The notes: generated by a model from the letters alone, not told the origin. Counted from the first letter of the stretch, positions 7,734-17,210 are shown. The stretch: 60,976 bases of DNA from Candidatus Woesearchaeota archaeon (GCA_018303325.1 JAGVYH010000003.1:1-60976), one strand, 5' to 3'. Numbers and translations: made by a program.

Positions 7734-9449
7734 TCATTTTTTGCTTAAGGAAAAATACATACCAATCATCCCTTTTATGCCCCTAATAACATCTTGATGT
7801 AAGAGTATATTCTCATTTTTTCCGTGTGCATTTGAGTTTGGATTGCCGTATCCCATATTTATCACAGGCACACCCAAAGATTCACCAAAGTGTGAAGCGA
7901 TTGGTTCTGTAGCTCCATGGCATGTATAATTAACTGCCTTGACACCGGTTCCTGCTTTTAGTCCGTCTACAACTGCTTTAAACACAGGAGAGGAAGATTC
8001 ACTGTAAAATGGCTGTGCAACTTCTTTGACTTCTGCATAAATACCTATCTCTTGTGGTGTTCTTGCAATAGGCATACCATATTCTCTAGCAAGTTGCTCT
8101 ACTTTTTCTTTTATCGAATTTCCAATTTTTTCTGCGTCTTGGCCGTATGCAATTCTAGACGTAATATACATTGAAGCAGTTGGACAAAGTTTAGTTCCGA
8201 ATTCACCGCCATGTATGACATGAACTTCTAGTGAAGGCATGGCGCAGATTCTTTCATCGATATCCTTATTTGTGTCTCCAAGTTTCTTGAAAGGAAGCAT
8301 TTTTTCTACTTTACCTCTTTTTGATCCCTCTTTTTTGCCATTATTTATCATTTCTCTCAAAGAATCAGGAACAACAATTCCGTCGTAGAATGATGCAACT
8401 GTGGCAATACCATTTATATCTTTAAGGCCTGCAGCAATTTTTGCAATCCATTCTGGCGCATTTGGAAGAACTCCGCCAACACTTCCTGAATGTGTACAGC
8501 TGTCATTCTCTGTATAAAATGTTTTAACTTTAACATCCAATGTAGTTATGCCTCTTAAACTGGTAATGATATCCATGTTTTCATAAGTGCCGTTATCACC
8601 ATCAGCTATAATGACACCTTCTGCTTTAAGCATATCTTTATGTCCTTGTAGAAATTCTCTCATTAAAGGGCTACCCATTTCTTCTCCCATCTCTATAAGA
8701 AATTTCATATTAATTGGCAGGTCTATGCCATAAGCTTTCAAGGTTTTCAGGGCAAAAAGATGCATGAATAATTGGCCAGTATCATCAATTACTCCTCTGC
8801 CATATGCAATCTTATCATTTACTTTTTTGCCGTTTACAGTAATCTCTGTGTCAAAAAACTTTTCAGGGTTAAATGGGTCATTGAGCCATGCCTTGTCACT
8901 TCTGTCTGCTGATTGTACATCTGCATGGTTATAAAAAAGGAATGTTTTTGCGTTTGGATTTGGTGAAGCTATCTCGCAAAAAAAGGCATAATTGCCGTGA
9001 TTAATGCTGTTTATAGTATCAACTTTTCCATCTTTCTCTTTTTTCACAAGATCAAACACCTGAATATTTTCACAGCCATAACTTTTGAAAACCTTAACTA
9101 ATGCATCTCTTTTTTCTTTTCTTTGATTATCCCATCGTTTCATCTTGTTTAAGTCAGGATCATCAGCACTGACAGCTTCATATCTTAAGTTTGGAAAAAC
9201 CTCGTTTACAAACATTGCTTCTGCATTTTGCTCGATATATGATGACATAGTTTCAACAATTGATTCTATTTCTGTGGTATTATTTGTTTTTTTGTCGTCA
9301 GCTTGGGCAGCTTGGCCTGTAAGAGCACAATAACCCATTACTACTGCAGTAGTTAATCCAACACCAATTTTTACAGCACTGTCTAAAAAACTCTGGTTTT
9401 GGCTTATAGTTTTATCATTTCCATTTACTCTCTCATTTTTCTCAACCAT
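7734..9449 (-). CDS. secreted/membrane-anchored M20 family metallopeptidase (dipeptidase-like)
   Basis: YNHADVQ..W..DPF, GRGVIDDTGQ, EMGEEMGS motifs, with an N-terminal hydrophobic segment + AQA. Start moved to the ATG at 9449 (GGAGGAGAG 5 nt upstream) because 9551..9585 is homologous to non-coding sequence upstream of 6798..7418. Confidence 0.8.
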   Translation of the reverse strand: MVEKNERVNGNDKTISQNQSFLDSAVKIGVGLTTAVVMGYCALTGQAAQADDKKTNNTTEIESIVETMSSYIEQNAEAMFVNEVFPNLRYEAVSADDPDLNKMKRWDNQRKEKRDALVKVFKSYGCENIQVFDLVKKEKDGKVDTINSINHGNYAFFCEIASPNPNAKTFLFYNHADVQSADRSDKAWLNDPFNPEKFFDTEITVNGKKVNDKIAYGRGVIDDTGQLFMHLFALKTLKAYGIDLPINMKFLIEMGEEMGSPLMREFLQGHKDMLKAEGVIIADGDNGTYENMDIITSLRGITTLDVKVKTFYTENDSCTHSGSVGGVLPNAPEWIAKIAAGLKDINGIATVASFYDGIVVPDSLREMINNGKKEGSKRGKVEKMLPFKKLGDTNKDIDERICAMPSLEVHVIHGGEFGTKLCPTASMYITSRIAYGQDAEKIGNSIKEKVEQLAREYGMPIARTPQEIGIYAEVKEVAQPFYSESSSPVFKAVVDGLKAGTGVKAVNYTCHGATEPIASHFGESLGVPVINMGYGNPNSNAHGKNENILLHQDVIRGIKGMIGMYFSLSKK

Positions 9450-9550
9450 TTTTCTCTCCTCCATTCTCCCATTCTGTTTGAATGATTTATAGAAATTCCT
9501 GCCGAAGATTTTAGAAATTATTTTGAAACTCTTCGAGGATTTCAAAGAAA

Positions 9551-9645
9551 GAGTACGCAAAAGAGAATGATAAAATCTTGTTCTGATTTTTTTACGAAAA
9601 AATTAAGAAATAATACATTTATCGCTGTTTTGTAAAAATTAGGAT
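9551..9645 (-). promoter_or_regulatory. conserved upstream module M2
   Basis: gagtacgcaaaagagaatgataaaatctt...tttttttacgaaaaaa...gttttgtaaaaatt, homologous to M1. Confidence 0.5.
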
Positions 9646-9682
9646 TAATTATGATACCTCTTTATTCCTGTTTTGGTTTAAT

Positions 9683-9869
9683 GTATGTGCATAGCTTTTT
9701 CAAGGAGGATACTGCTGCCTCAAATTTGTTTTCTTAGCAGTTTTACTCGTAAGACATCAGGTAACCGAAAACAAAATATATATTCATTGCAACTGCAGAG
9801 AATAAATTATAAAGTTTTCGGCGAAGAAAACTGGCAGTAGCATAATCTCAATGAGAGCTATGCGCATAC
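9683..9869 (+). mobile_element. T-family MITE, copy T1
   Basis: Inverted arms gtatgtgcatagc...ggatactgctgcc / ggcagtagcataatc...gctatgcgcatac. Exact 8-bp direct repeat ggtttaat on both flanks (9675..9682 and 9870..9877). Confidence 0.8.
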
Positions 9870-9924
9870 GGTTTAATATCCAGTAGCTCGCTGTGATTGG
9901 AATCGACGATGCTCCTATTTCGTT

Positions 9925-10770
9925 TTATTTCTCATACTTTACCATATAATCACATGGCCCTAAATATGGCTTCCATGTTATTTTATTTAGAACATCACCA
10001 ACATTCAACCAAACACCATGCTCAAACCACCATTTTACATCAGTGCCAGCAATTAAACAGTTATCATGTTTGTCGACGGTAATTTTATACACATTTACAG
10101 TATGGCCTGATTTTGCATTAATCTCCTCTTCTTTATCAATGCTGATAACAGTTGCATGTTCTATTGTTCTCGGCATAAAATAATATTCATAGAACATTCC
10201 TGCACCAAAAGCACTAACTGCAACAAGAGCGCATCTTTTTATCCATCTAACTACTTCCAATTCTCTCCTTCTATCTGTTATATATGCATGCCATTTATAA
10301 TCATTCCTAAGTTTTTTTGAATCTCTCCCAACATCAATTTGCCTATCTATTTTTAACGCTTCTACATAAACATCATCTTTTTCTGCTTTCCTGGTCCTAG
10401 GTATTTCCCTATGATATTTTTTCCTAAACATTTCTTCAAGATGTTTTTTTCTTCGTTCTAATATTAAATCAGCTCTTGCTGCGATAAAATGCTCGTTAAG
10501 AAGATAACTAAATTCATTAAACCTGATATGCGCTCTGTTTATGAACAATAATTCTTTATCATCTTTCAACAGCCATGCCCTATACATCACATTCAGAATA
10601 AAGTATGGATTATTGTCTTTAAAAACACTTACTTCAGTTACCAATCCCTCAAGAGAAACTTCTCTTACTCTTTCTCTTGTTAGTATTTCATCTATATCTT
10701 TCTTAGACTGATAACGAATACCTTCTGATTTATCCTTTACGTTTTTTGACTTTTCCATGTTTAATAACAC
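9925..10770 (-). CDS. membrane protein fusing a family-B N-terminal domain, a TM helix and a family-A C-terminal domain
   Basis: N-half matches 2100..2498; TM is ALVAVSAFGAGMFYEYYF; C-half matches 445..825. Start is either GTG 10770 or ATG 10758. Confidence 0.6.
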   Translation of the reverse strand: MLLNMEKSKNVKDKSEGIRYQSKKDIDEILTRERVREVSLEGLVTEVSVFKDNNPYFILNVMYRAWLLKDDKELLFINRAHIRFNEFSYLLNEHFIAARADLILERRKKHLEEMFRKKYHREIPRTRKAEKDDVYVEALKIDRQIDVGRDSKKLRNDYKWHAYITDRRRELEVVRWIKRCALVAVSAFGAGMFYEYYFMPRTIEHATVISIDKEEEINAKSGHTVNVYKITVDKHDNCLIAGTDVKWWFEHGVWLNVGDVLNKITWKPYLGPCDYMVKYEK

Positions 10771-10786
10771 TTTAGTTCATTGTTAT

Positions 10787-10847
10787 GCACTTTTGTATAT
10801 ACAAATGGAATTAATTTGTTCGAAAACTAATTCCATTTAATATATAC
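10787..10847. repeat. F hairpin, copy F1 (loop gttcgaaaa)
   Basis: aaatggaattaattt-gttcgaaaa-ctaattccattt, flanked by cttttgtatatac / aatatatac. Confidence 0.6.
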
Positions 10848-10869
10848 ACCTTGATTTTATAATAATAGA

Positions 10870-10933
10870 TATTGCAGTTTTTTTTACGAAAAACCACAAT
10901 CTTTTTATATTTAGCTTCATTTCTGTAAAAATT
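10870..10933. promoter_or_regulatory. conserved upstream module M3 in the divergent region between 9925..10770 and the Lrp/AsnC gene
   Basis: ttttttttacgaaaaa (10877..10892) and ttctgtaaaaatt (10920..10932) abut the ATG at 10934. Confidence 0.45.
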
Positions 10934-11980
10934 ATGGGGGAAGAAGTTTTCAGAGGGCAAATCTATGAGCATATTATGCCGCAGAAAATAGACTTAATAG
11001 ATAGGAAAATCTTATGGCTTCTAAGCAAAAATGCCAGATATTCTAATACAGCTATTGCTAAAGCACTGAGAATAAAGAGAGAAGTGGTTGCGTACAGAAT
11101 TAAAATAATGATTGAGAATAAGGTGATTAATGGCTTCTTTACTTTAATTGACACTAGAAAGATGGGATATTATGTGTATGTTGTGTATATGAAACTAAAA
11201 ACACTCACTCATGAAAAAGAGATGATAGATTTTTTAGTAGCTACACCTGAAGTTAGTGTTGTAAGTGGATGCTCAGGAATGTATGACTTGCATTTTGAAA
11301 TAACTACCCAAGCATTAGAAGATTTTGACAGAGTATTCAGTAAAATCTTTGATAAGTATAGAGAAGTTATTCACGATTATCTAGTTTTAAATTTTCTTAG
11401 GGAAGACAGCACAGGAAGGGGTTTTTTAGTGGATGTTGAAGAAGTGAAATCTTCTGGTATTGATAAATTTAAGGAAATTAAAGGAAGCTGCTTTCAAAAA
11501 GATTTTGACCAGCAGAACAAAAGTCATTTTATTGTAAATATAGATGAATTAGATAAACAGATTCTTTCCGCAGTAAATCATAATTCGCGGCTAACAATAA
11601 GGGAAATTTCAGAGAAACTAAAAGTTTCGCCGTCAACAGTAGAGCAGAGAAAAAGAAAACTTATCAAAGATGGTGTAATAAAGAGATTTTTGCCTTTAAT
11701 CAACTTTTCGCATTTTAATGTCCAATGGTATGCGGTTTTCTTTTACATGAAAGACCTCGACGAGAGTAAGTTGGTTACTTATCTCCAAGAAGAGCCGCAT
11801 ACTCTTTGGTATGTAAAATATGTGGGGAAATGGAATTACCAAATAAATATCTTTGCTGAGAATAATTCTCATTTTCACGACGTGCTTAATAAGATTAGAA
11901 ATACTTTCAGTGATAATATCATGAATTTTGAGTCAATAATCATGTTTAATCAGTATAAAAGGGGAGCAGTGTTTTTGTAA
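10934..11980 (+). CDS. tandem (two-module) Lrp/AsnC family transcriptional regulator
   Basis: Two HTH_AsnC-type segments, each followed by a ligand-domain-like region: DRKILWLLSKNARYSNTAIAKALRIKREVVAYRIKIM and DKQILSAVNHNSRLTIREISEKLKVSPSTVEQRKRKL. Confidence 0.75.
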   Translation: MGEEVFRGQIYEHIMPQKIDLIDRKILWLLSKNARYSNTAIAKALRIKREVVAYRIKIMIENKVINGFFTLIDTRKMGYYVYVVYMKLKTLTHEKEMIDFLVATPEVSVVSGCSGMYDLHFEITTQALEDFDRVFSKIFDKYREVIHDYLVLNFLREDSTGRGFLVDVEEVKSSGIDKFKEIKGSCFQKDFDQQNKSHFIVNIDELDKQILSAVNHNSRLTIREISEKLKVSPSTVEQRKRKLIKDGVIKRFLPLINFSHFNVQWYAVFFYMKDLDESKLVTYLQEEPHTLWYVKYVGKWNYQINIFAENNSHFHDVLNKIRNTFSDNIMNFESIIMFNQYKRGAVFL

Positions 11981-12083
11981 GTTTTATACTTGTCTACTTT
12001 AAAAAAGTTGATATTAATACTAAACTCAGCCGATATACACAAAATACAAATTCAAAACATCTAAACATTTGTGGAGGGAGATT

Positions 12084-13340
12084 ATGGCACTAGGATTAGA
12101 GACAGAATTAAAAGAACCGCCAGTTTTGAAGGGTTTTTTCCCGAATAATGCAAAAGAACTTCTCGAATCTAGACTAACTGGGAATTTGTTGACGGCAAAT
12201 GTTTATTTTTATCCAGAATGCAATAACCAATGTATAATGTGCTGCGACGGTGATAGTAGAAAAAAAGGGTTTACACATAACGGAAGAAGGATAAAACCAC
12301 TGACTCTTGGAGATTATACACTACTTATAAAAGAATTTGCAAGTATGGGTGTTAAAACATTATTTGTGCCTGGCGCTGGTGAACCATTTTATGTAGATGA
12401 AACAGATGAAAAAACTTATTATGTTGACGAAACCAGTGGAAAAAAAGTTTCAAAATTTCTTAAATTTATAGAAATAGCAAATGGGGAAGGACTGCATGTT
12501 ATTGTTATCTCTTCTTTAAATCCTGAGCCAAGCGATGAACTTGTAGCAGAACTTAAAGGACTAAATGTTTCCATAATTGGAAAGCTCGAATCAATGATTC
12601 CTGAACGATTTAATGCTATTGTTAATCCAAACAAACCGTATAATTTTTCTAGAATCAAAGGGTATGGGCATGTTACAAGAGGACTAAAAAAGTTAATGGA
12701 AGCAGGATTTAATGAACCTGATAAAAATGGTCAGGTAAGGTTAGGTTCTGGAACAGTAATACATAATTTTAACAAGGATGAAGCAGAGAATATCTTTCGT
12801 TTTTATAGAGATTTTGATATTTGGCCGTATATGCAGATTATAGCGCCACGTGAGAGAGCAGCAAAACGCTCTGATTTATGGGGTGGAATAGATAAATTTG
12901 AGATATTCAGTAAATTATTAGAAATCGACGAAAAAGAATATGGTTACACATGGGATCTTCATTATAGACGAGTAGCATTTGACTTTGTTTACCCAACAAT
13001 TATTGTTTATTATAGTGGGGATGTACTCTTTAATGCATTTTTCAGATACTATTTAGGTAGTGTTTATGATGATAATGATCATTATACAGATGGAGAAATA
13101 ACAAGAATTGCAAATTCAAACCCTGCCAAATGGCTTAGAAAAATTCATTTTTCAATTGGTGGAGAAAAAGAATGTTCCCCATATGATCATTCAAAATGTG
13201 GAAAGATACTTTTAGAACCATTTTTTGATCCAGGAGAGATAACCAAGAGGATACCAGAAGATTTTTTTAAGAATAATCCAAATGATTATTGTCCCTTCTT
13301 TAGTTCTTGTACACAGGATAAGTATACTGGAGTAAAATAG
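12084..13340 (+). CDS. radical SAM enzyme with Cys-rich C-terminal region
   Basis: CxxxCxxC at YPECNNQCIMCC. C-terminal cysteines (KECSPYDHSKCG ... YCPFFSSC) suggest an auxiliary cluster. ATG 12084 is preceded by ggaggg; the ORF-track TTG 12069 is less likely. Confidence 0.65.
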   Translation: MALGLETELKEPPVLKGFFPNNAKELLESRLTGNLLTANVYFYPECNNQCIMCCDGDSRKKGFTHNGRRIKPLTLGDYTLLIKEFASMGVKTLFVPGAGEPFYVDETDEKTYYVDETSGKKVSKFLKFIEIANGEGLHVIVISSLNPEPSDELVAELKGLNVSIIGKLESMIPERFNAIVNPNKPYNFSRIKGYGHVTRGLKKLMEAGFNEPDKNGQVRLGSGTVIHNFNKDEAENIFRFYRDFDIWPYMQIIAPRERAAKRSDLWGGIDKFEIFSKLLEIDEKEYGYTWDLHYRRVAFDFVYPTIIVYYSGDVLFNAFFRYYLGSVYDDNDHYTDGEITRIANSNPAKWLRKIHFSIGGEKECSPYDHSKCGKILLEPFFDPGEITKRIPEDFFKNNPNDYCPFFSSCTQDKYTGVK

Positions 13341-13376
13341 AAAAGAAGATAATCAAATAAAAAAACAAAAATCTCC

Positions 13377-15491
13377 TTAATTTCCCTTCGTCATCTCTTT
13401 CTGCATCTCGCCCATCATCTCCCTCTCAACATTCGGGCTGAATTTGAAGGAGTACCAAAGATATACATCACGTGGCATTTCTCCTATGACGGGTATGTGT
13501 TTCTCTTGAAGTAATTTTGGAAGCTGTTCTTGCGACTCTTTTATCCAGTTTTTGGCAGATTTATAATCACCTTCTTGTTGGATGGTCATAATTTTAAGCG
13601 CAGTTTCATAAAATGCATCATATATTTGTGGGTTATCCAAATCAATCTTGTATTTTCCTTCAGGTGTTTCTACTATTACTCCTGCTTTGTAAAGCTCAGC
13701 AAACTGCAAAATAGAGCCTGTGCCATGTGGATCATCAACTCCATAAGACAATCCTCTTAAATAGCTAGGAATTATTGAAATAAGGGCATTTTTCCATTCT
13801 TCTTCTGAGATTAAGTTCTGCCTAACTGCTTGTCCTAATATTGCCATTCCTAACAAATCTGCTTTTGCCTCTTCTAAAGCATGAGCATATTCCCCTAATT
13901 TACTAATTATATAACTATTACTCGGACCAAGACCATGAGCCATTTCATGTGCTACCACCCAAATAATACTATCTTCACCAATTAAGTCTGCTAATTGTTT
14001 TTGATCCATCACCACCTTAGCCATTGGCAATGAAACCAAATCCATTCTTGCAGTTATATTATTAAGTGCAATCACATTTTTATAGAATTCCGTTCTACCA
14101 AATGGTTCAATGTTTGGAAACTTCTTCGCACCGCCAACATATCCGCCGGAACGGCTATCACCACTATATATTGTATCAGCAAAAACAAGGGGTGGTTGAA
14201 ACTTTGTAAAATCACGGATAGCGTACCCTTCCCCAAGATTTACACTTATTTTATTCTCAGTTGGTTGAATAAGTTGCTGGAGTGTTTGTCCAACTTTAGT
14301 ATAACTTTCGTTTATTATACCTATGTTCATTTCCATCATTCCAATCCTTTCAAAAGCACCATGATATTCTTCATTGTTACCAACAAGCACGTCTAACAAT
14401 GATTTCTGTTTTATCCACAAGAGATCTCCTGATTGATAGGGGGATGGATTTTTCAAATCTAAAAACTCATTAGCTCTAATAAGAAAATAATTGCTAAGAG
14501 AAGTGTCTATTCCTATAATTTTTACTAATTCTTCTAGTTCTTTACTTAATCTTCTTAATTCATCTTTATAATAAGGGCTATTGTTTATGGAATCCCATGT
14601 TAGAGAACCATTGCCACTCCACACAACATTTACAAAATGGCTCATTATAGGATCGTTGGGTGAGCTTTTTATTCTATTAATATCTTCTTGAGTAAACCCT
14701 GAAGGCCATTGCCCTGCATTAGGCACTTTCTTTGGGAAGTCAGGATGTGAACTGCATAAATCATCTTTAACTGTTAAACACCATACGCCACCGCTAATAT
14801 TTAAGTGAAGATAATCTTCTAACTCACCTTTTTTTATTAAGTCTATACGATATTTTAAGTTGTTTGGATCTCTTTGAGCAAGAAATACTTTTTCCACAAA
14901 TGGTGTGACTTTGTAGAGCAAGTTCCATGCTACTTTTTGATATGCTTCTGGAAGAATGCTAAAGTCTATATTATGTTTAGCCCATTGTCGAAATGTCTGA
15001 TCTAAATCACGCAAAGTCTTTCGTAAATGTTGTTTATTTTCTTCAGATGAATTCTTTTTATAAGCTTCTTCTGCAGACTTAACTTTACTTCTAATCTTTT
15101 TTATATAATCTTGGTTGTGCGGTTTTAGAGATGGTGCTAGTTTAACACCTTGCTCTGTTAGAGAGACAGCATTTTCCAACAATTTAGGATCAGAATTAAT
15201 ATCATTCGGAACATTAACCAATTCAGATGTTTCAACTTTCCCATTTTTGTTAACATCTTTCCATAACATATAAACTCCTAAATTATAAGAAGCAGTGTTA
15301 AATTCTTTCTCTTGCTTAGAAAAAAATGATTGCTGTGTTTCATCTTGAATTTCTTGTGCACCTTGTTGATGCTGTTGCGCAATCGCTTCTCCACCAACAA
15401 ACATGCTTGCTCCTGCTAATGTTCCAACTAAAACTTTTTTTATTTTATCTGTTATAGATTTATCTTTTATCATTTTTTTATCTTTCACCAT
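13377..15491 (-). CDS. secreted zinc metalloprotease (HExxH ... EExxAD, M49/DPP III-like arrangement)
   Basis: Signal/TM VLVGTLAGASMFVGGEAIA. VVAHEMAHGLGP followed by LEEAKADLLG. aggtggtggg RBS before the ATG. Confidence 0.65.
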   Translation of the reverse strand: MVKDKKMIKDKSITDKIKKVLVGTLAGASMFVGGEAIAQQHQQGAQEIQDETQQSFFSKQEKEFNTASYNLGVYMLWKDVNKNGKVETSELVNVPNDINSDPKLLENAVSLTEQGVKLAPSLKPHNQDYIKKIRSKVKSAEEAYKKNSSEENKQHLRKTLRDLDQTFRQWAKHNIDFSILPEAYQKVAWNLLYKVTPFVEKVFLAQRDPNNLKYRIDLIKKGELEDYLHLNISGGVWCLTVKDDLCSSHPDFPKKVPNAGQWPSGFTQEDINRIKSSPNDPIMSHFVNVVWSGNGSLTWDSINNSPYYKDELRRLSKELEELVKIIGIDTSLSNYFLIRANEFLDLKNPSPYQSGDLLWIKQKSLLDVLVGNNEEYHGAFERIGMMEMNIGIINESYTKVGQTLQQLIQPTENKISVNLGEGYAIRDFTKFQPPLVFADTIYSGDSRSGGYVGGAKKFPNIEPFGRTEFYKNVIALNNITARMDLVSLPMAKVVMDQKQLADLIGEDSIIWVVAHEMAHGLGPSNSYIISKLGEYAHALEEAKADLLGMAILGQAVRQNLISEEEWKNALISIIPSYLRGLSYGVDDPHGTGSILQFAELYKAGVIVETPEGKYKIDLDNPQIYDAFYETALKIMTIQQEGDYKSAKNWIKESQEQLPKLLQEKHIPVIGEMPRDVYLWYSFKFSPNVEREMMGEMQKEMTKGN

Positions 15492-15544
15492 TTTATCCCA
15501 CCACCTAATTAGTTAGAACTTATTAGGTGAAAGAACTATACACA

Positions 15545-15630
15545 AAGACAAATGATAAAATCTGCGACAGAAATTTTTACGAAAAGAGAAGAATTATTGC
15601 ATTAAAACAATGTTATGGAAAATATTAAAC
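15545..15630 (-). promoter_or_regulatory. conserved upstream module M4
   Basis: aaatgataaaatctgcgacagaaatttttacgaaaag...gttatggaaaatatt, alignable to M1/M2. Confidence 0.4.
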
Positions 15631-15678
15631 TGTTTAAGAAGATAAACAGAAAAATGAGTTTCGACAAAAGTATTTACA

Positions 15679-16893
15679 CTATCTTACACTATCATATTGT
15701 TTAATCAGTGCCCTAATGCTATCAACGAAATCATATACTAACAAGATACTTTCTTCTGGTGTGTTCTTTGTTAGGTCTGGTTTGATTTTTCTTTTCACCA
15801 CAGAATAATCCCATTTTAATAATACAAATTCTGTTTTTCCTGACTCAAATGGGCTGTTCATGAAACTACCACTGTAGTTCTCAGATAAGTATGAAACTAT
15901 TTCTTGTTTGATGGAATAATATAAGTGATTAAACTTGCCCCCCCAATCACCTTCCAAATTATTTCCATACTTATCTACTCCATTTTTCTTCCCGACATTA
16001 AAATCATCTATTTCTATCACTAGCTCACAAGCCCAACTATCTAACAAGGATACTAAGTCATTTCCTTGATAATGTTCATCATCACCAACTATTTTTATTT
16101 TGATTGATCCATGTTTATTTTCATGATTAATTTTGTGAGAAGAAATAAGATACATAATACGAGCGTATAGTTCGTTCACATGATCTTCCGTCATCATAAT
16201 ATCTCCTGCATCAAGTAAGCCTGAAACCCCTGTTAGTTTATATTCAATAGCACTAATCTCTACATATGCAAGTTCATCATTTATAATTACGCCTTTTACA
16301 TATATAATATCATCTAATTTAAAACTCATTAACTCTTTTTTGTTACAATTATTTTCTGAATTGTTCTCATCTTCTCCACAGTCCAATACAAAATAATGTA
16401 ACTCTGAATTCCAGATACCACCAGATAAACCAAATGCATTTAGAACATGTGTGGCTTCTTCAAATATTTGATCGGTGAATCGTTTTTCACAATTTTCGTT
16501 CTGACAACAGTCCATATCATCCATATAGTCAAACTCGCCACAATAGGTTGATACAAATGATTGAAATGAGTTAGGGATTCCATAATACTCAATCCTCGGC
16601 GCAAATCTTTCCAATGTTTCTTCTCTAGAAAGAACTTCTTGTTGTGTTATCGTTGGTTGTGTTTGTGGTGAGATGTATATTATACTGCTGGCTAACGCAG
16701 CAATACCTGCACCAACCAGCGCGCCAATCTTCCAGTAATTTTTATCTTTCTTTCCAGCAAGCTCTTTAATCCTTTCAGGAGAATAAGTTAATCCTCTGAC
16801 TCCGCCATCGCAGGTATTCCACGCATGGTTGCCTCTGACTATTTCTGTGAGTTCTACATCTCTTGGTTCATGTGGATTTTGTTTGTCAGCCAT
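15679..16893 (-). CDS. handle-family paralog 1 (404 aa): conserved N-terminal handle + TM + divergent C-terminal domain
   Basis: VRGNHAWNTCDGGVRGLTYSPERIKELAGKKDKNYWKIGALVGAGIAALA, then a unique acidic Cys-containing domain. Confidence 0.7.
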   Translation of the reverse strand: MADKQNPHEPRDVELTEIVRGNHAWNTCDGGVRGLTYSPERIKELAGKKDKNYWKIGALVGAGIAALASSIIYISPQTQPTITQQEVLSREETLERFAPRIEYYGIPNSFQSFVSTYCGEFDYMDDMDCCQNENCEKRFTDQIFEEATHVLNAFGLSGGIWNSELHYFVLDCGEDENNSENNCNKKELMSFKLDDIIYVKGVIINDELAYVEISAIEYKLTGVSGLLDAGDIMMTEDHVNELYARIMYLISSHKINHENKHGSIKIKIVGDDEHYQGNDLVSLLDSWACELVIEIDDFNVGKKNGVDKYGNNLEGDWGGKFNHLYYSIKQEIVSYLSENYSGSFMNSPFESGKTEFVLLKWDYSVVKRKIKPDLTKNTPEESILLVYDFVDSIRALIKQYDSVR

Positions 16894-17030
16894 TGTGTAA
16901 ATGGAATATAATTATCTGAATCATAAAACTTACCTTGGGATTTTTTATGAAAATGAAGGAATCACGGATTAAATTGTGATTTTAGTGAATGCTTGTTAAT
17001 AATGTCCCTCAAATGTTCTAAACCAATCTA

Positions 17031-17210
17031 TAGCAAAGGCACTAAATTTTCGTAATTAATGATGCCTTTGCTATATATAGTAAGTGACGTAAATTTTTAT
17101 ACAAATCGTGTCACTTACTATATTTGTCGGACATAACACTTGGTATAAATATTTATGTCCGACATTATACGTGGACTTTAACAAAAAAGATACGAATATT
17201 AAAGTCCACC
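17031..17210 (+). repeat. H hairpin-module array, left copy (four hairpins)
   Basis: Four modules: tagcaaaggc/gcctttgcta, tagtaagtgac/gtcacttacta, tgtcggacataa/ttatgtccgaca, gtggacttta/taaagtccac. The reverse complement is near-identical to 23473..23702. Confidence 0.85.
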
